Of a DNA stretch of 64,000 nt, positions 1 to 12,300 are shown in pieces. Numbering within the stretch: the first letter of the stretch is position 1; each line of letters opens with the position of its first letter. The position numbers were made by a program, and so were the translations under genes. The notes below the pieces were generated by a model. The model was not told where the DNA came from and ran no database searches. It saw nothing but the letters and a program-made list of their open reading frames with translations. Source of the DNA: Mobula hypostoma (lineage: Eukaryota); contig NC_086108.1 of the NCBI RefSeq assembly GCF_963921235.1, positions 78,990,001-79,054,000 of the forward strand, in the 5' to 3' direction.

Positions 1-79
1 CTCCCCATCGCTGTTTGGACATTCCCTCAGGTAGCAGTTTCCTCCAAAATCCCAAAAATTAATTGCATACTGCAAGTTA

Positions 80-280
80 GTTGTCCCTTTTGTGCCTCAT
101 GGCACATCGGGCGGTAACCTTGCCATTTCTTTAGCTTTTGTCTTTTAAAAAAAATGAGGCAGAGTTGCCAGCTTGACACTTAACCTAGCACAGATGGAGA
201 GCATGCAAGGAACCGGCTGGATTCAAAGCCAGGACCACTTGCCTCCAAGTCCGGTGTGGATGCCACTACACCACCATTTG
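80..280 (-). mobile_element. tRNA-headed SINE nested in an HE1-like SINE
   Basis: Minus-strand A box TGGTGTAGTGG and degenerate B box; 15-bp TSD GCATACTGCAAGTTA at 65-79 and 281-295. Confidence 0.75.
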
Positions 281-494
281 GCATACTGCAAGTTAATTCC
301 AGTTTAAATGGCCCATGGGATGACCAGGAGAATGATAATGGCCATGAAAGAGAGAAAATAGGTTATGTGGAAAAAAACATCCCCAAAGATCTTGCAAATC
401 TGGAATAATAGCTCCCTGAAACAAATCGTCCATTTCAAAGAATTACATAAAATATTCAAATTTTAAAATCTGTAAAAGAGAAAACCAAACAAAC

Positions 495-546
495 CTGCTT
501 GATAATTTCTAGCACCAATTGTCTGAGGTGTAGTGCCACTGAATGG
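495..546 (-). CDS. ATP6V0B: ATP6V0B exon 6 (PFSGTTPQTIGARNYQA+G); remaining exons lie left of the window
   Basis: cag| acceptor, G|gtttg donor, 52 nt; aligns to human PFSATDPKAIGHRNYHAG. Confidence 0.95.
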
Positions 547-1457
547 CTGTGGGGAGAAAAACATTTAAATTGAACTTCAGTCATTCGCTCATCATCTAAC
601 ACAACTCATCTAAGCAAAGCTTTTTGTTACACAGTTGAATCAATTTTCACAGGGTTTAGCTATTTCAGTGAATTTTGTCAGATCCTTCCCACAATTCCTT
701 AAAATAACCTGGTTCTACAATCAAATAGTCAGACACCCAAATGCAAGGAGTGCCTTCTGTAGTCACATCTAAAGATTTTAAAGATTAGTTTTGCCACATG
801 TACATTGAAACATACAGTGGAAGACATTGTATAAAGTCATATCTGTGAGGATTATGCTGGGGCAGCCTGCAAATGTCACATTTTCCAGTGGCATCACAGC
901 ATGCCCACAACTCACTAAACTTAACCATACATCTTTGGAGTGTGGGAAGAAACCAGAGCACCTGGAGGAAACCCATATAGTCACGTGTAGAATGTACAAA
1001 CTTTGAGCTAGCTGATATAGAGAAATATTATGAAAAGTTCTAGAAAATTAAATTAAATCCAAGATCTACTTTGTGATCTCTATTCTACTTCCATTTCAAG
1101 ACAATATAGTTTTTAACCACAAGAATGAAGGAAGACAAATTGCCCAACAGCTCTGATAGCTAAAACTGGTTTTAAGAAACTCAAGAATTTGGACTTGCAT
1201 TATGTGCAGAATTGTGTAAGCAAATCCAGGTTCTACTAACACTTTGAAAATACCACTAAATAATCACCCATTCTTGGAGATGATAACCTAGTATGATCTA
1301 CACAAATATCAAGAGCTTCCATCTGTAAGACTTAATAGCCACTGCCACCGTGTTACACAGCTTGCATCCATTCAATGTTTTGAGGAGCTAAAGGGGAAAC
1401 ATTGCATTAAACAATGAATAATTTACACAAATTGACAAGTTATTTATCAATTAGATA

Positions 1458-2940
1458 AAGGTGTCCCCCGCTTTTAGAACGTTCGCTTTACGAAACCTCG
1501 CTGTTACGAAAGACCTACTTTAGTATCGTTTTCGCTTTCAGAAGATGTTTTCACTGTTACGAAAAAAAATCAGCGCGCGCCCTGAGCAGCCGCTCTCCCC
1601 CGGATTTGGAATGGCATTGCTTTAACACGAGCCTGTGAGCAGTCGTTTGCAAGATGAGTTCTATGGTATCAGAAAAGCCTGAAAGAGCTCGTAAGGGTGT
1701 TACACAGTGTAAAACTAGACATAATTAAGCGTTTTGATTGTGGTGAACGAAGTAAGAACAACGTGAGTTTGGCTTGTGGAAGCTGACGAACATGATGTTG
1801 AAGGGGTTTTGGCATCCCATGACCAAGAACTGACAGATGAAGAGCTCATGCAATTGGAAGAAAAAAGGACAACAATCGAAACAGAATGAGTAATGATAAA
1901 GTACGACTTTAATTTTGAAAGGGTACGTGGGTTTAGGGGATATTTGCAGGATGGTTTGAGTCCTTACAAAGAACTGTGCGATAGGAAAATGCGCGAGGCT
2001 CAGCAGTCAAGCAAGCCTTCCACATCTGCCAGAGCAGACAACGAACCTCAACCTTCGACATCGAGGCGGGCAGAAATAGAAGATGAGCTGCCTGCTCTAA
2101 TGGAAACAGACGATGACCAGATGACACCCCAGTGTCCCACCACCCCAACCCCCAGGCCACGGACAGATACTGATTCGCGGAGAATGCAACCGTAGCCGGG
2201 AGGCACACAGCACATCTAAGAAAAAAGCCGAAATAAACATGCTAATTAGGTGCCACCGACACGTAATTGTCAGCCCAGATCAGAGACGACCCAATCGGCA
2301 ATCACCTCTGATATGGGCCGACAATTACGTGCCAGGCAGCACCTAATTAATTAGCATGTTTGTTTCAGCTTTTTTCTTAAAGATGTGCTGTGTGCCTCCC
2401 GGCTACCACTGGACCCCTGCATGCTTTGTAGCAATGTATCGCTCGGCGGCCTGGAGGGTGGGGGCACTGCACACCCAAACTCTGACTCAGCCTAACACAT
2501 CATCATCAGTGTACTCGGCACTGTCTTCCCGATTCCGGTAAGTGATACTACACTGTACATACATTATTTCTACTTTATATAGGCTGTATATTTTTACATG
2601 TTATTTGGTACGATTTAGCAGCTTCATAGCTTAAAGGTTACTGGAGAGCGCTTGCGTGAGATTTGCGCTACGGAGAACAGTTCAGTAATGATTGTGGAGA
2701 AGTATTTCTACTTTATATAGGCTGTGTATTTATCATATCATTCCTGCTTTTACTATATGTTACTGTTATTTTAGGTTTTATGTGTTATTTGGCATGATTT
2801 GGTAGGTTATTTTTGGGTCTGCGAACGCTCACAAAATTTTCCCATATAAATAAATGGTAATTGCTTCTTCGCTTTACGACATTTTAGCTTACGAACCATT
2901 TCATAGGAACGCTCTACCTTCGGATGGCGGGGGAAACCTG
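1458..2940 (+). mobile_element. Non-autonomous Tigger/pogo-like DNA transposon (internally deleted)
   Basis: Imperfect TIRs (a)AGGTGTCCCCCGC / GCGGGGGAAACCTG, TA on the left; transposase remnants: N-terminal HTH (KLDIIKRFDCGER) joined to C-terminal SHDQELTDEELMQLEE. Confidence 0.8.
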
Positions 2941-3076
2941 TGTTTATAGAAACTGACTTATTATAGTTTTGATTATTATACACATGGTTTATTCTACCCC
3001 AACAATTTTGCATTTCAGTTGATATTTTGACACCAACTACATAATGGGCTGCATGACAAGTGTGCATTTATATTCA

Positions 3077-3190
<114 letters not shown>

Positions 3191-3599
3191 TTAAATAGCC
3201 TACTAGTAGATTTACCATCAGTTCATTATTGCCTCTCATGATAGCTCTCTGACATGGCCCATACTCAGTATTTTTTTTCTGATCCTCATTTCCATTACCA
3301 AGTTACTTCAAACAGATTGCAATAGTAAAATTCTGGTCTACTTTTCAAAATTATTCTTACTATTTTAGTTTCTGAAGGAAAGTGTCCAGATTCTTAGCAT
3401 GTATGTATTCATTTAGAATATTTGATAGGGATTATTACACAGAAGCTACAGTGCAAATCAAGCCATTCAGCTTCATAGCTCATGTGGTGCTTATGTTTCA
3501 TATGCACTAGGTTATTTCTAATAGAAACATTCACATCTACTCTATTAAGCTTTTTTGTACATTTAACATCTTAGTTGTTCTTTTGTTCAAGAAAGGAAG

Positions 3600-4400
3600 T
3601 GGGGATAATTCTGAAAAATAGGCTGATTAGCTCATCAGTTGTAGGGAAACAACTGGAGGGGAGGATTTACATGCATTTGGAAAGATCATGGCCTGATTAG
3701 GGACAGTCAGCATGGCTTTGTGCAGGACACGTCTTACAAACCTGATTCACCTTTTTGAGGTGGTAAGAGAAGGTGCAGGGCAATGCATGTTGTCCACATA
3801 CATCTTAATAATCTATTTGACAAGACCCCTTTTGGCGGGCTGATTCAGAAGATTAAGATGCATGGACCAAGGTGACTTCGTCCACTGGATTCAGAATTGT
3901 CCTTCCCAGAGAAGATGGAGGGCAGTAGTGGAAGGGTGGAATTCTAGTTGAGGTCCATTTGCAAATGACAACAAAATTGGAGTTTTGGAACATGTACAGC
4001 AAAATGTAAGTCAATTACAGTTGTCTCTGCTGTGTTGGAAGCTGAGGGGAGGCCTGATGGAAGTTCATAAAATTGTGAAAAATAAAGATCAGGTTATCAG
4101 TAAAACTTTTGTCTCAAGGTAGAAATGTCAAGTACGAGAGGTGGTGGTTTTGGGGGATGGTGGTGAGTTTAAAGGAGATATGTGGAGCAAGCTGTTTGTT
4201 TCTCTGCCCCTCCCCCACTTTTTGGTAGGTGCTAGAACAGGCTGTCAAGGGTAACAGAAGTAAGCCTGTCATTTAAAAGACTGCCAGATAGATACAGGGA
4301 ATGGAAGGACATAGATAAGTACGGATGTATGAGACTTAGTTTAATTCAAAATAGTGCTTAGCACAGATATTGAGAGCTGAAGAGCCTGTTCCTGTATCAC
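3600..4400 (+). mobile_element. Degenerate CR1-type LINE 3' fragment
   Basis: RT remnants (cagtcagcatggctttgtg; tttgcaaatgacaacaaaattgg) and CR1-like tail ending gagctgaagagcctgttcctgt. Confidence 0.65.
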
Positions 4401-5456
4401 ATTGGTAATGACTTAATACATAGAGCAAGAACCATTTCTTTCAGATGATGCATTTCAAACATTTGGACATCGACCATATCCAGAGATACGCATTAAAGAC
4501 AAGCAGTGAAATGCAAATTGTACAACATTTGTGGAATTCTATAAGCATTAACAAGTTCTTTATTCAAAATGGATAAAAAAGTTTTCAAATTTGAACTCAA
4601 ATTTCTATTTAGAACAAAGCAGTACAGCACAAGTATGCACTTTGGCCCACAATGTTGTGCTGAATTAATTTAATTAGTGATCAAATATCCAACGAAACTA
4701 ACCCCTTCTGGCTACACAATATCCACATCATTCCATTTTCTCCATTCATGTACTAAAAGTCTCCAACATTGATAGGCACCCACTTGTGTGGAAAAAAACT
4801 TGTTCTGCACATCTCCTTCGAATTTACCACCTCCCCTTAAAGCTCAAAGCACATTTATCGAAGTATTATATTACACACAACCTTGAGATTCTTATCCCCT
4901 TCCAGGCAGCCACAAAACAAAGAAACCCAATAGGACCATCGAACACCCAATGCGCAAGGGAAAAAACTAAGTGTAAACAATAAAAGCAAGTAACAATCAG
5001 AACTGAAGTTCTCACAAGCAAGTCCCTGGCCATAAAGGCTGTCATCACTGCAGGCCACAGCCTCAGTTCAGTGCAGAGACGAGTAGACCTCATGGAGTAG
5101 CGAGATGAACCCCAGCCAGTGCCTCGTCTCCGGGCCCAACACCCTGACCTTTTCAATCTGACCCAGTGCTTAAATCAGCCAAACCTCGGGTTGTTATGCA
5201 TACTTTCTGGTATTAGACATTTCAATCCTAGGAAAAAGATGCTGGCCTTTATCACATTTTCCTCTATCTCCATGGCGCCAAAGAATACCTAAAAGTAAGT
5301 ATGCCATATGGTTTCGTATTACCTCATCAACTTGTACAGCCACTTGGACCTCAAGATCCCTCTGTTAATCAACACTGTTAAGGGCCTTGCCATTATCAGT
5401 GCACTGTCTTTTTACATTTTGTCTCCCAAAGTGAAAAACGTCACGTTTGGCTGGGA

Positions 5457-5681
5457 ACATACATCAAAGTTGCTGGTGAACGCAGCAGGCCAGGCAGCAT
5501 CTATAGGAAGAGGCGCAGTCGACGTTTCAGGCCGAGACCCTTCAGTTAGTCCTGACGAAGGGTCTCGGCCTGAAACGTCGACTGCGCCTCTTCCTATAGA
5601 TGCTGCCTGGCCTGCTGCGTTCACCAGCAACTTTGATGTATGTTGCTTGAATTTCCAGCATCTGCAGAATTCCTGTTGTTT
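5457..5681. mobile_element. Short Penelope-like (PLE) insertion made of inverted 3'-terminal copies
   Basis: Near-perfect inverted arms of about 87 bp; exact 14-bp TSD ACGTTTGGCTGGGA (5443-5456, 5682-5695); same sequence as the 3' end of the RT/GIY-YIG element at 28289. Confidence 0.88.
5546..5584 (+). ncRNA. Minimal type I hammerhead ribozyme (PLE family A)
   Basis: TTAGTC-CTGACGA-AGGGTCTCGGCCT-GAAA-CGTC^GACTG: intact core, stem I AGTC/GACT, palindromic ACGT in place of stem III. Confidence 0.8.
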
Positions 5682-5957
5682 ACGTTTGGCTGGGATGCTG
5701 CCATTGTTCCACCCTGCAACAGATATGTATTCTACTGTATTCTTTGCCCACCTTCTATGCTCACTACAACACCAATCATCTGCAAACTTACTAACCCAAC
5801 TATCTACCTTTTCATCCAGATGATTTACATACATCAGTAACAACTGAGGTTGCACTATGGATCCTGACCCAAAGAAACTTCTCTCTGGAGGTGCTTCCAA
5901 TTGATTCATATGGTATCTAAGATGTTGGAAAAAGATTTTCATCTCGGGTTAAGGATG

Positions 5958-6348
5958 TTGTTGAGTGGCCCGGCGAGCTGGCTTGTTAGCTTGTAGACAT
6001 TTCGTTACTCAGCTAGGCAACATCACCAGTGCAACTTCAAATGAAATATTGATGATCTACATTGTTCATCTTTTGTATGTCCTGTGATTAGTCTGCTCGT
6101 GTGTGTGTGGATATGCGCCATTTCTATTGATTACCAATTATGTAATCCGCAATTGATTCTTTACAATCCGATTAGGTGATAATGGGCATGTATGCCAACA
6201 AACACAAAAACGGACTAATCACAGGAGACATAAAAGATGAACAATGTAGATCATCGACATTTCATTCGAAGTTGTACTGATGATGTTGCCTAACGGGGTA
6301 ATGAAACGTCTGCAAGCTAACAAGGCAGCGTGGTGAGCCACCCAACAA
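5958..6348. mobile_element. Palindromic non-autonomous PLE derivative (second family) with a hammerhead in each arm
   Basis: Inverted arms of about 150 bp (TTGTTGAGTGGC...GCCACCCAACAA); hammerhead motifs at 5991-6034 (-) and 6272-6315 (+). Confidence 0.75.
6272..6315 (+). ncRNA. Minimal type I hammerhead ribozyme (family B)
   Basis: TTGTA-CTGATGA-TGTTGCCTAACGGGGTAAT-GAAA-CGTC^TGCAA; stem I TTGTA/TGCAA, stem II GTTGCC/GGTAAT. Confidence 0.75.
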
Positions 6349-6405
6349 GTTCTTTGTATTATTACCAAAACAACCAAGACTGATTAAGATATTTCAAAAC
6401 TATTA

Positions 6406-6693
<288 letters not shown>

Positions 6694-6977
6694 TTAATAA
6701 AGGAAGGGTTAGTGACAGTATTGTGTTTAAACATTAAGAGGTGCTTACTCTTGTTCATTGCTAGTCTCTAGTGTGGTACAAAATGTGTTTGCCACTTATC
6801 AGGCCGAGCACAAATGTTCTTTTCGTCTTGAATGCACTGTTTAATTATCAAATAGCCATTGAAAGGACATCTGAGGATTCGCTTAATTTTAAACTGTTCA
6901 CAATTCAAAAGAGATGCATTTAAAACAAAAGCTGGTTAATAAATCAAACACAATTTTAACTTTATTCAACTACACTA

Positions 6978-7145
<168 letters not shown>

Positions 7146-8479
7146 TCATGTTGTGAAAGTTTTCAAAATGTGTACATACATAAAGCTGTTCACAAGAAAG
7201 ATTTCAAGCAAATACAGATGGTAAGTGTAAATAAATTAATAAAGACCTTCGGATATTGCACAAAAGTTGCAAATGTACAATTCTGCAATTAGGCAACACA
7301 TTACTAGAATCACACCATGTAAAAATACATTCTTAATAAAGTGAAAACCTGGAAGATTTATCTGGGCAACTCAAATCACAAGGTCACTGTTCAGCATATG
7401 TTTAGACCACAAATATTAACAGCAAGTTTACAAAAACACAGTCAGCAAAAACAAGATCTAAGCAAGATTCTACTACAAAGAACAGGGCATTTCAGTCCTG
7501 GGAGCAGCCGCTGGATAATGACTCAATATGAAAACTGAATATTTTGCAATAGGATTTTTTTTGCCTCTTTCAAGTTGATACTGATTTCACACACAGAGCA
7601 TATACCCATTATGCCTAGTAATGAGCAACTGATCAAAATTTATCCTTAAAGATTCTTGGTATTTAATGCAGACAGTTAATTTTTCAATAGTAAATCCAGT
7701 TAATTTACATACAGTATACAAAGACTGCTAGCTAGATGCCAGGAAAGTAAAGCTTTCACAACTGTCTCTTCGGTTATGTTTAAATAAACACAGAAATACA
7801 TGTATATGAAATATTGCATTCAAGAAGGGAACAGGAAGAATAAGTGAATCAGATCTTTTGGTCAATTGAAAATTTAACTTAACACTTCCTGCTTTCCCCC
7901 GAGCTCTATGTCTACAACTCAATGAACTGAAAAAGCATGCCTTAAAATGAAAAGTTGTGAACACCTTTCTGGTAAATCAGTCTTCACACCAGCTGTCAAA
8001 TATGCATAAACTCTAAGGAAGTAGAGGCGCTGCTGTACTTCCTTCGCAACTGTATTTACTTGCTGGCATTCACCAGCACCATGCTAGCGATTCAGAGTGT
8101 CGGGGTTGAACGGTGTGTTGTCACTATTAGTAAGGAGAAGTTGCTTGGGAAACTGAACGGTCTGAAGACCACAAGACACAGGAGCAGAAATAGGCCATTC
8201 AGCCCATCGAGTCTGCTCTGCCATTCCACTCAACCCCATATATCTACCTTCTCGCCATATCCTTTGATGCCCTGACTGATCAGGAAACAATCAACTTCTG
8301 CTTTAAATATACCCGTGGACTTGGCCTCCACTGCAGTCTGTGGCAGAGTATTTCACAAATTCACTAAATCTGTCAGAATTTTAAAAGCTTGGAACATCCT
8401 ACATTCTCAACCCAGTGATGGCACAATTGTTCTAATGTAGGTATTTGCCAATACAAATCAGCATACAAGGAGACTGAAA

Positions 8480-11305
8480 TCTGAGTGGTCCCACAACAAC
8501 CACCTCACACTCGATGCAGCAAGGAACTGATTACTGACTTCAGGAGGAAACCGCAGGTCTGAGAGCCAGTCCTCACTAGGGGGGGATTTGAGCTGGAGAG
8601 GGTCAGCAACTTTAAATTCTTCAGTGTTATTTCAGAGGATCTGTCCTGGGCCCAGCATGCAAGTGGCATGATGAAGAAAGCACGGCAGTGTCCCTACTTT
8701 CTTAGAAGTTTGCAAAGATTCAACATATCATCTAAAACTTTGATAGACTTCTACAAATGCGTGGTGGAGAGCACATTAATAGGTATGGAAACACCAATGC
8801 CCTTGAAAGGAAATTGCTACAAAACATAGTGATATGGCCCAGTTTATCTTGGGTAAAGCCATCCCCACTATTGAGCCCATCTACACGGAGTGTTGTCACA
8901 GAAAAGCAGCATCCATTATCATGAACCAACCCCCCACCCACCCACCCCGAGGTCATGCTCTCTTCTCGCTGTTGCCATCAGGAAGGTGATGCAGAAGCCT
9001 CAGGACTCGCACCACCAGGTTCGAGAACAATTATTACCCCTCAGCCATCAGGTTCTTAAACTAAAAGGGATAACCTAACTCATTCAGAGACAAGAGAAAA
9101 TCTGCAGATGCTGGATATGCAAGCAACACACACAAAATGCTGGAAGAACTCAGCAGGCCAGGCAGCATTTATAGCAAAGATTACAGTCGACGTTTCAAGC
9201 AGAGACCTTTCAGCAGGCCTGGAGAAAAGATGAGTTGAAAGTGGGGGGAGGGGAGGGAGAAACAAGGTGATAAGTGAAAATGGGAGTGGGAGAGGTGAAG
9301 TAAAGAATTGGGAAGTTGATTGGTGAAAGAGATACAGGGCTGGAGAAGAGGAAAGCTAATTGGAGAGAACAGAAGGCCATGGAAGAAAGAAAGGTGGGAG
9401 GAGCATCAGAGGGAGGCGACTGGCAGGCAAGGAGAAGGTGAGAGAGGGCATGGGGGGTGAAAGAGAAAAGAAGGCATTACTGGGAGTTTAACAAATTGAT
9501 GTCAGGTCATCAGGCTGGAGGCTCCCCAGACGGAATATAAAGTGTTGCTCCTCCAACCTGAGTGTGGTCTCATCACGACAGAAGAGGGGGCCATGGATTG
9601 ACATATCAGAATGGGAGAGGGAAATGGAATAAAAAGGGGTGGCCACTGGAAGATCCCGCCTCTTCTGGCAAGCACAGCATAGGTGCTCAGCAAAGCCATC
9701 TCCTAATCTATGGCAGGTCTCACCGATATACAGCAGGCCACACCAGGAGCAGTGGACATAGTATATGACCTCACAGACTCACAGCTGAAGTGCGGCCTCA
9801 CCTGGAAGGACTTTTTGGGGTCATGAATGGTAGTGAGGGAGACGGTGTAGGGGCAGGTCTAGTACTTGTTCTACTTGCAAGGGTAAGTGCTAGGAGAGAG
9901 AGATCAGTGGGGAGAGACGAATACACAAGGGAAATGCATAGGGAGCGATCCCTGCAGAAAGCAGAAGGGGGGGGGAGATGGAAAGATGTGCTTGGTGGTG
10001 GGATCCCACTGGAGATGGTGGAAGTTGCAGAGAACTATATGCTGGATGTGGAGTCTGGTGGGGTAGTAGGTGAGGACAAGAGGAACCCTATCCCTGGTAG
10101 GGTGGCAGAAGGATAGGGTGAGAGCAGACATGCATGAAATAGGACAGATGCAGTCAAGGCCAATGGTGATGGTGGAGGTGGAGGAAGGGAAGCTGCTTTC
10201 TTTGAAGGAGGACACCTCCTTTGTTCTGGAATGAAAAGCCTCATCCTAAGAGCAGATATGGCAGAGATGGAGGAACTCAGAGAAGGGTATGGGCATTTTT
10301 ACGATACAGTCCAGGCAGCTGAAAGAGCCCATGGGTTTATAACAGACATCAGTAGATGCGTTGTCTCCAGAAATAGAGAGAGAGAGAGATTGAGAAAGGG
10401 GAGGGAGGTGTCGGAAATGAACCAGGTAAATTTGAGGGCAGGGTGGAAGCTGGAGGCAACATTAATGAAGTCAATGAGCACCAATGCAGTCGAAGTAGCA
10501 TAGGAAAAGTGGGAGATGGACACCAGTGTAGGCTTGGAACATGGACTGTTCCACGTAGCCAATAAAAAGGCAGGTACAGCTGGGACTCATGCAAGTGCCC
10601 ACAGCTACACCTTTAGTTTGAAGGAAGTGGGAGGAGCCAAAAGAAAAATTTATTAAGAGTGAGGACAAGTTCTGCTAAACAGAAAGAAGAGTGGTGGTGG
10701 AAGGGAACTGGTTGGGACTAGTGTCCATAAAGAAACAGAGAGGTCTGAGGCCTTTCTGGTGGGGGGGGGGAGAAGAGAGGTGGGGGATGGAGGTGTGTAG
10801 GGACTGGACATTCAGAGTGAAAATAAGATGGGGACAAGGAACTTGAAATCACTGAAGAGATCCAGAGCGCGAGTTCCAGTTTCACCCATCGCCTTGTGTT
10901 TCTTCCTCCGCTACCCCCACTTTTTGAATCTACTCATCTTTTTTCTCCAGTCTTGAAGAGTCTCAGCTTGAAACACTGACTGTACTCTTTTCTATAGATA
11001 CTGCCTCACCTGCAGAGTTCCTCCAGCATTTTGTATGTATAACTTAAATCAACTTCACTTGCCCCGTCATTGAAATGTTACCACAATCTACCGACTCACT
11101 TTCAAGGACTCATCTCATGTTCTCGGTATTTATTGCTTATTTATTTATTTGTACTTGCAGTGTTGTCTTTTGCACAGTGGATGAACACCCAAATTGCTGC
11201 AGTCTTTCTTTATTCTATTATGGATTTAATGAGTATGCCTGCAAGAAAATAAATCTCAGGATTGTATACAGTTACGTATATTGATAATAAATTTACTTTG
11301 AACTC
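8480..11305 (+). mobile_element. Rex1/Babar-like LINE 3' fragment, split by a PLE
   Basis: Typical RT C-terminal remnants (aaggaactgattactgacttcaggagg; ggtggagagcacatt) and tail gataataaatttactttgaact. Confidence 0.65.
9083..11038 (-). mobile_element. Older Penelope-like element (degenerate RT + GIY-YIG) with an inverted terminal copy at about 10871-11038
   Basis: NFSFGSSHFLQTKGVAVGT and HPALKFTW motifs; homologous to 28289-30361; degenerate TSD ATAACCTAACTCA/ATAACTTAAATCA (9070-9082, 11039-11051). Confidence 0.85.
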
Positions 11306-11439
11306 GTGGTCCAAAGTAACTCAGAGTCCAGAGCAATAGCAAGGTCTCCAAGAACACTAAAATCTTTACTATATGAAACTATGGTAAGCTTTTATCTGAC
11401 AGTAGTTTAATAGTTGCTTATATTTCCACTATAAAAATT

Positions 11440-11782
11440 CCTCATTATGTGCCCTGTCATATGACATAGGAGATCATGGTCTTTGACCATGATTATTCTT
11501 GGCATATTTTTCTACAGAAGTTATTTCTCATTGTCTTCTTTTGGGCAGTGTCTTTACAAGATGGGTGACCCCAGCCATAATCGAAAATCTTCAGAGACTG
11601 TCTGATTTGTGATCTGCTCCAGTTGCTCATATGAACATGGACCACCTGCTCCCATGTCTTCACGTGACCCTGATCAGGGGGCTAAACTAGTGCTACACCT
11701 TATCTAAGGGTGACCTGCAGGTAGGCAGCGGGAAGGTGTTCTTTACACCTCCTAATATAGAGACGCATCTCCATCCTGCCAA
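11440..11782 (-). mobile_element. SINE-like dispersed repeat (second copy at about 20205-20550)
   Basis: Two colinear similar copies of about 340 bp in the window; family not identified; strand tentative. Confidence 0.55.
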
Positions 11783-12084
11783 ACTAAAATTCACTACAAA
11801 AATTAGTGAATTTAAAAAAGCCAAAAGTAGTTATTAAAAACTTAACTACTTTGGAATAACTTTAATAAAAGAAGTTAACCTAAAGCTGGCCTAAAATTCT
11901 CAAGTGGGCTCTGGTCCTGAGCAAAATCCAATCCAGCAAAGAATGTGATAAGCAACTTCCTAACTCCAATGCTGGTGAAATCACAGGGGAAGTTGAAATT
12001 TAGTCAGTGCATTTAAACTTCTATAAATGCCAGAATTTTAATAATGTAGGACAATAAACAGACACAACTGAACATCACGTCTGA

Positions 12085-12300
12085 ATCGACACACAAAATG
12101 CAGAAGGAACTCAGAGGCTGAGGCAACATCTACGGTGGGAAATGAACAGTCAAAATTTCAGGTTGCGACCCTTCATCTGGAATGATGAAATCTAGGTGAA
12201 GGGTCATTGACTGCCCATTTCCCTCCACTGGCGCTGTCTGACCTGTTGAGTTCTTCCAGTGTTTGCGCTGCTCTGGATTCCAGCACCTGTAGTCTCGTGT
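12085..12300. mobile_element. Old palindromic PLE terminal remnant
   Basis: Inverted copies of the acacacaaaatgctggaggaactcag... terminus with a decayed hammerhead (CAGATGA core). Confidence 0.65.

Larger units (their letters stand above)
4615..5870 (-). mobile_element. Degenerate CR1-type LINE fragments interrupted by later insertions
   Basis: VDSWVSKFADD motif in ORF 5412-5942; CR1-like tail near 4620-4660. Confidence 0.6.

Noticed and set aside
200..280. tRNA gene
   Set aside because: Degenerate B box and continuation into a TSD-flanked SINE body
5308..5942. Overlapping 171- and 176-aa ORFs on opposite strands
   Set aside because: They cross a PLE palindrome and a CR1 remnant; chimeric, not genes
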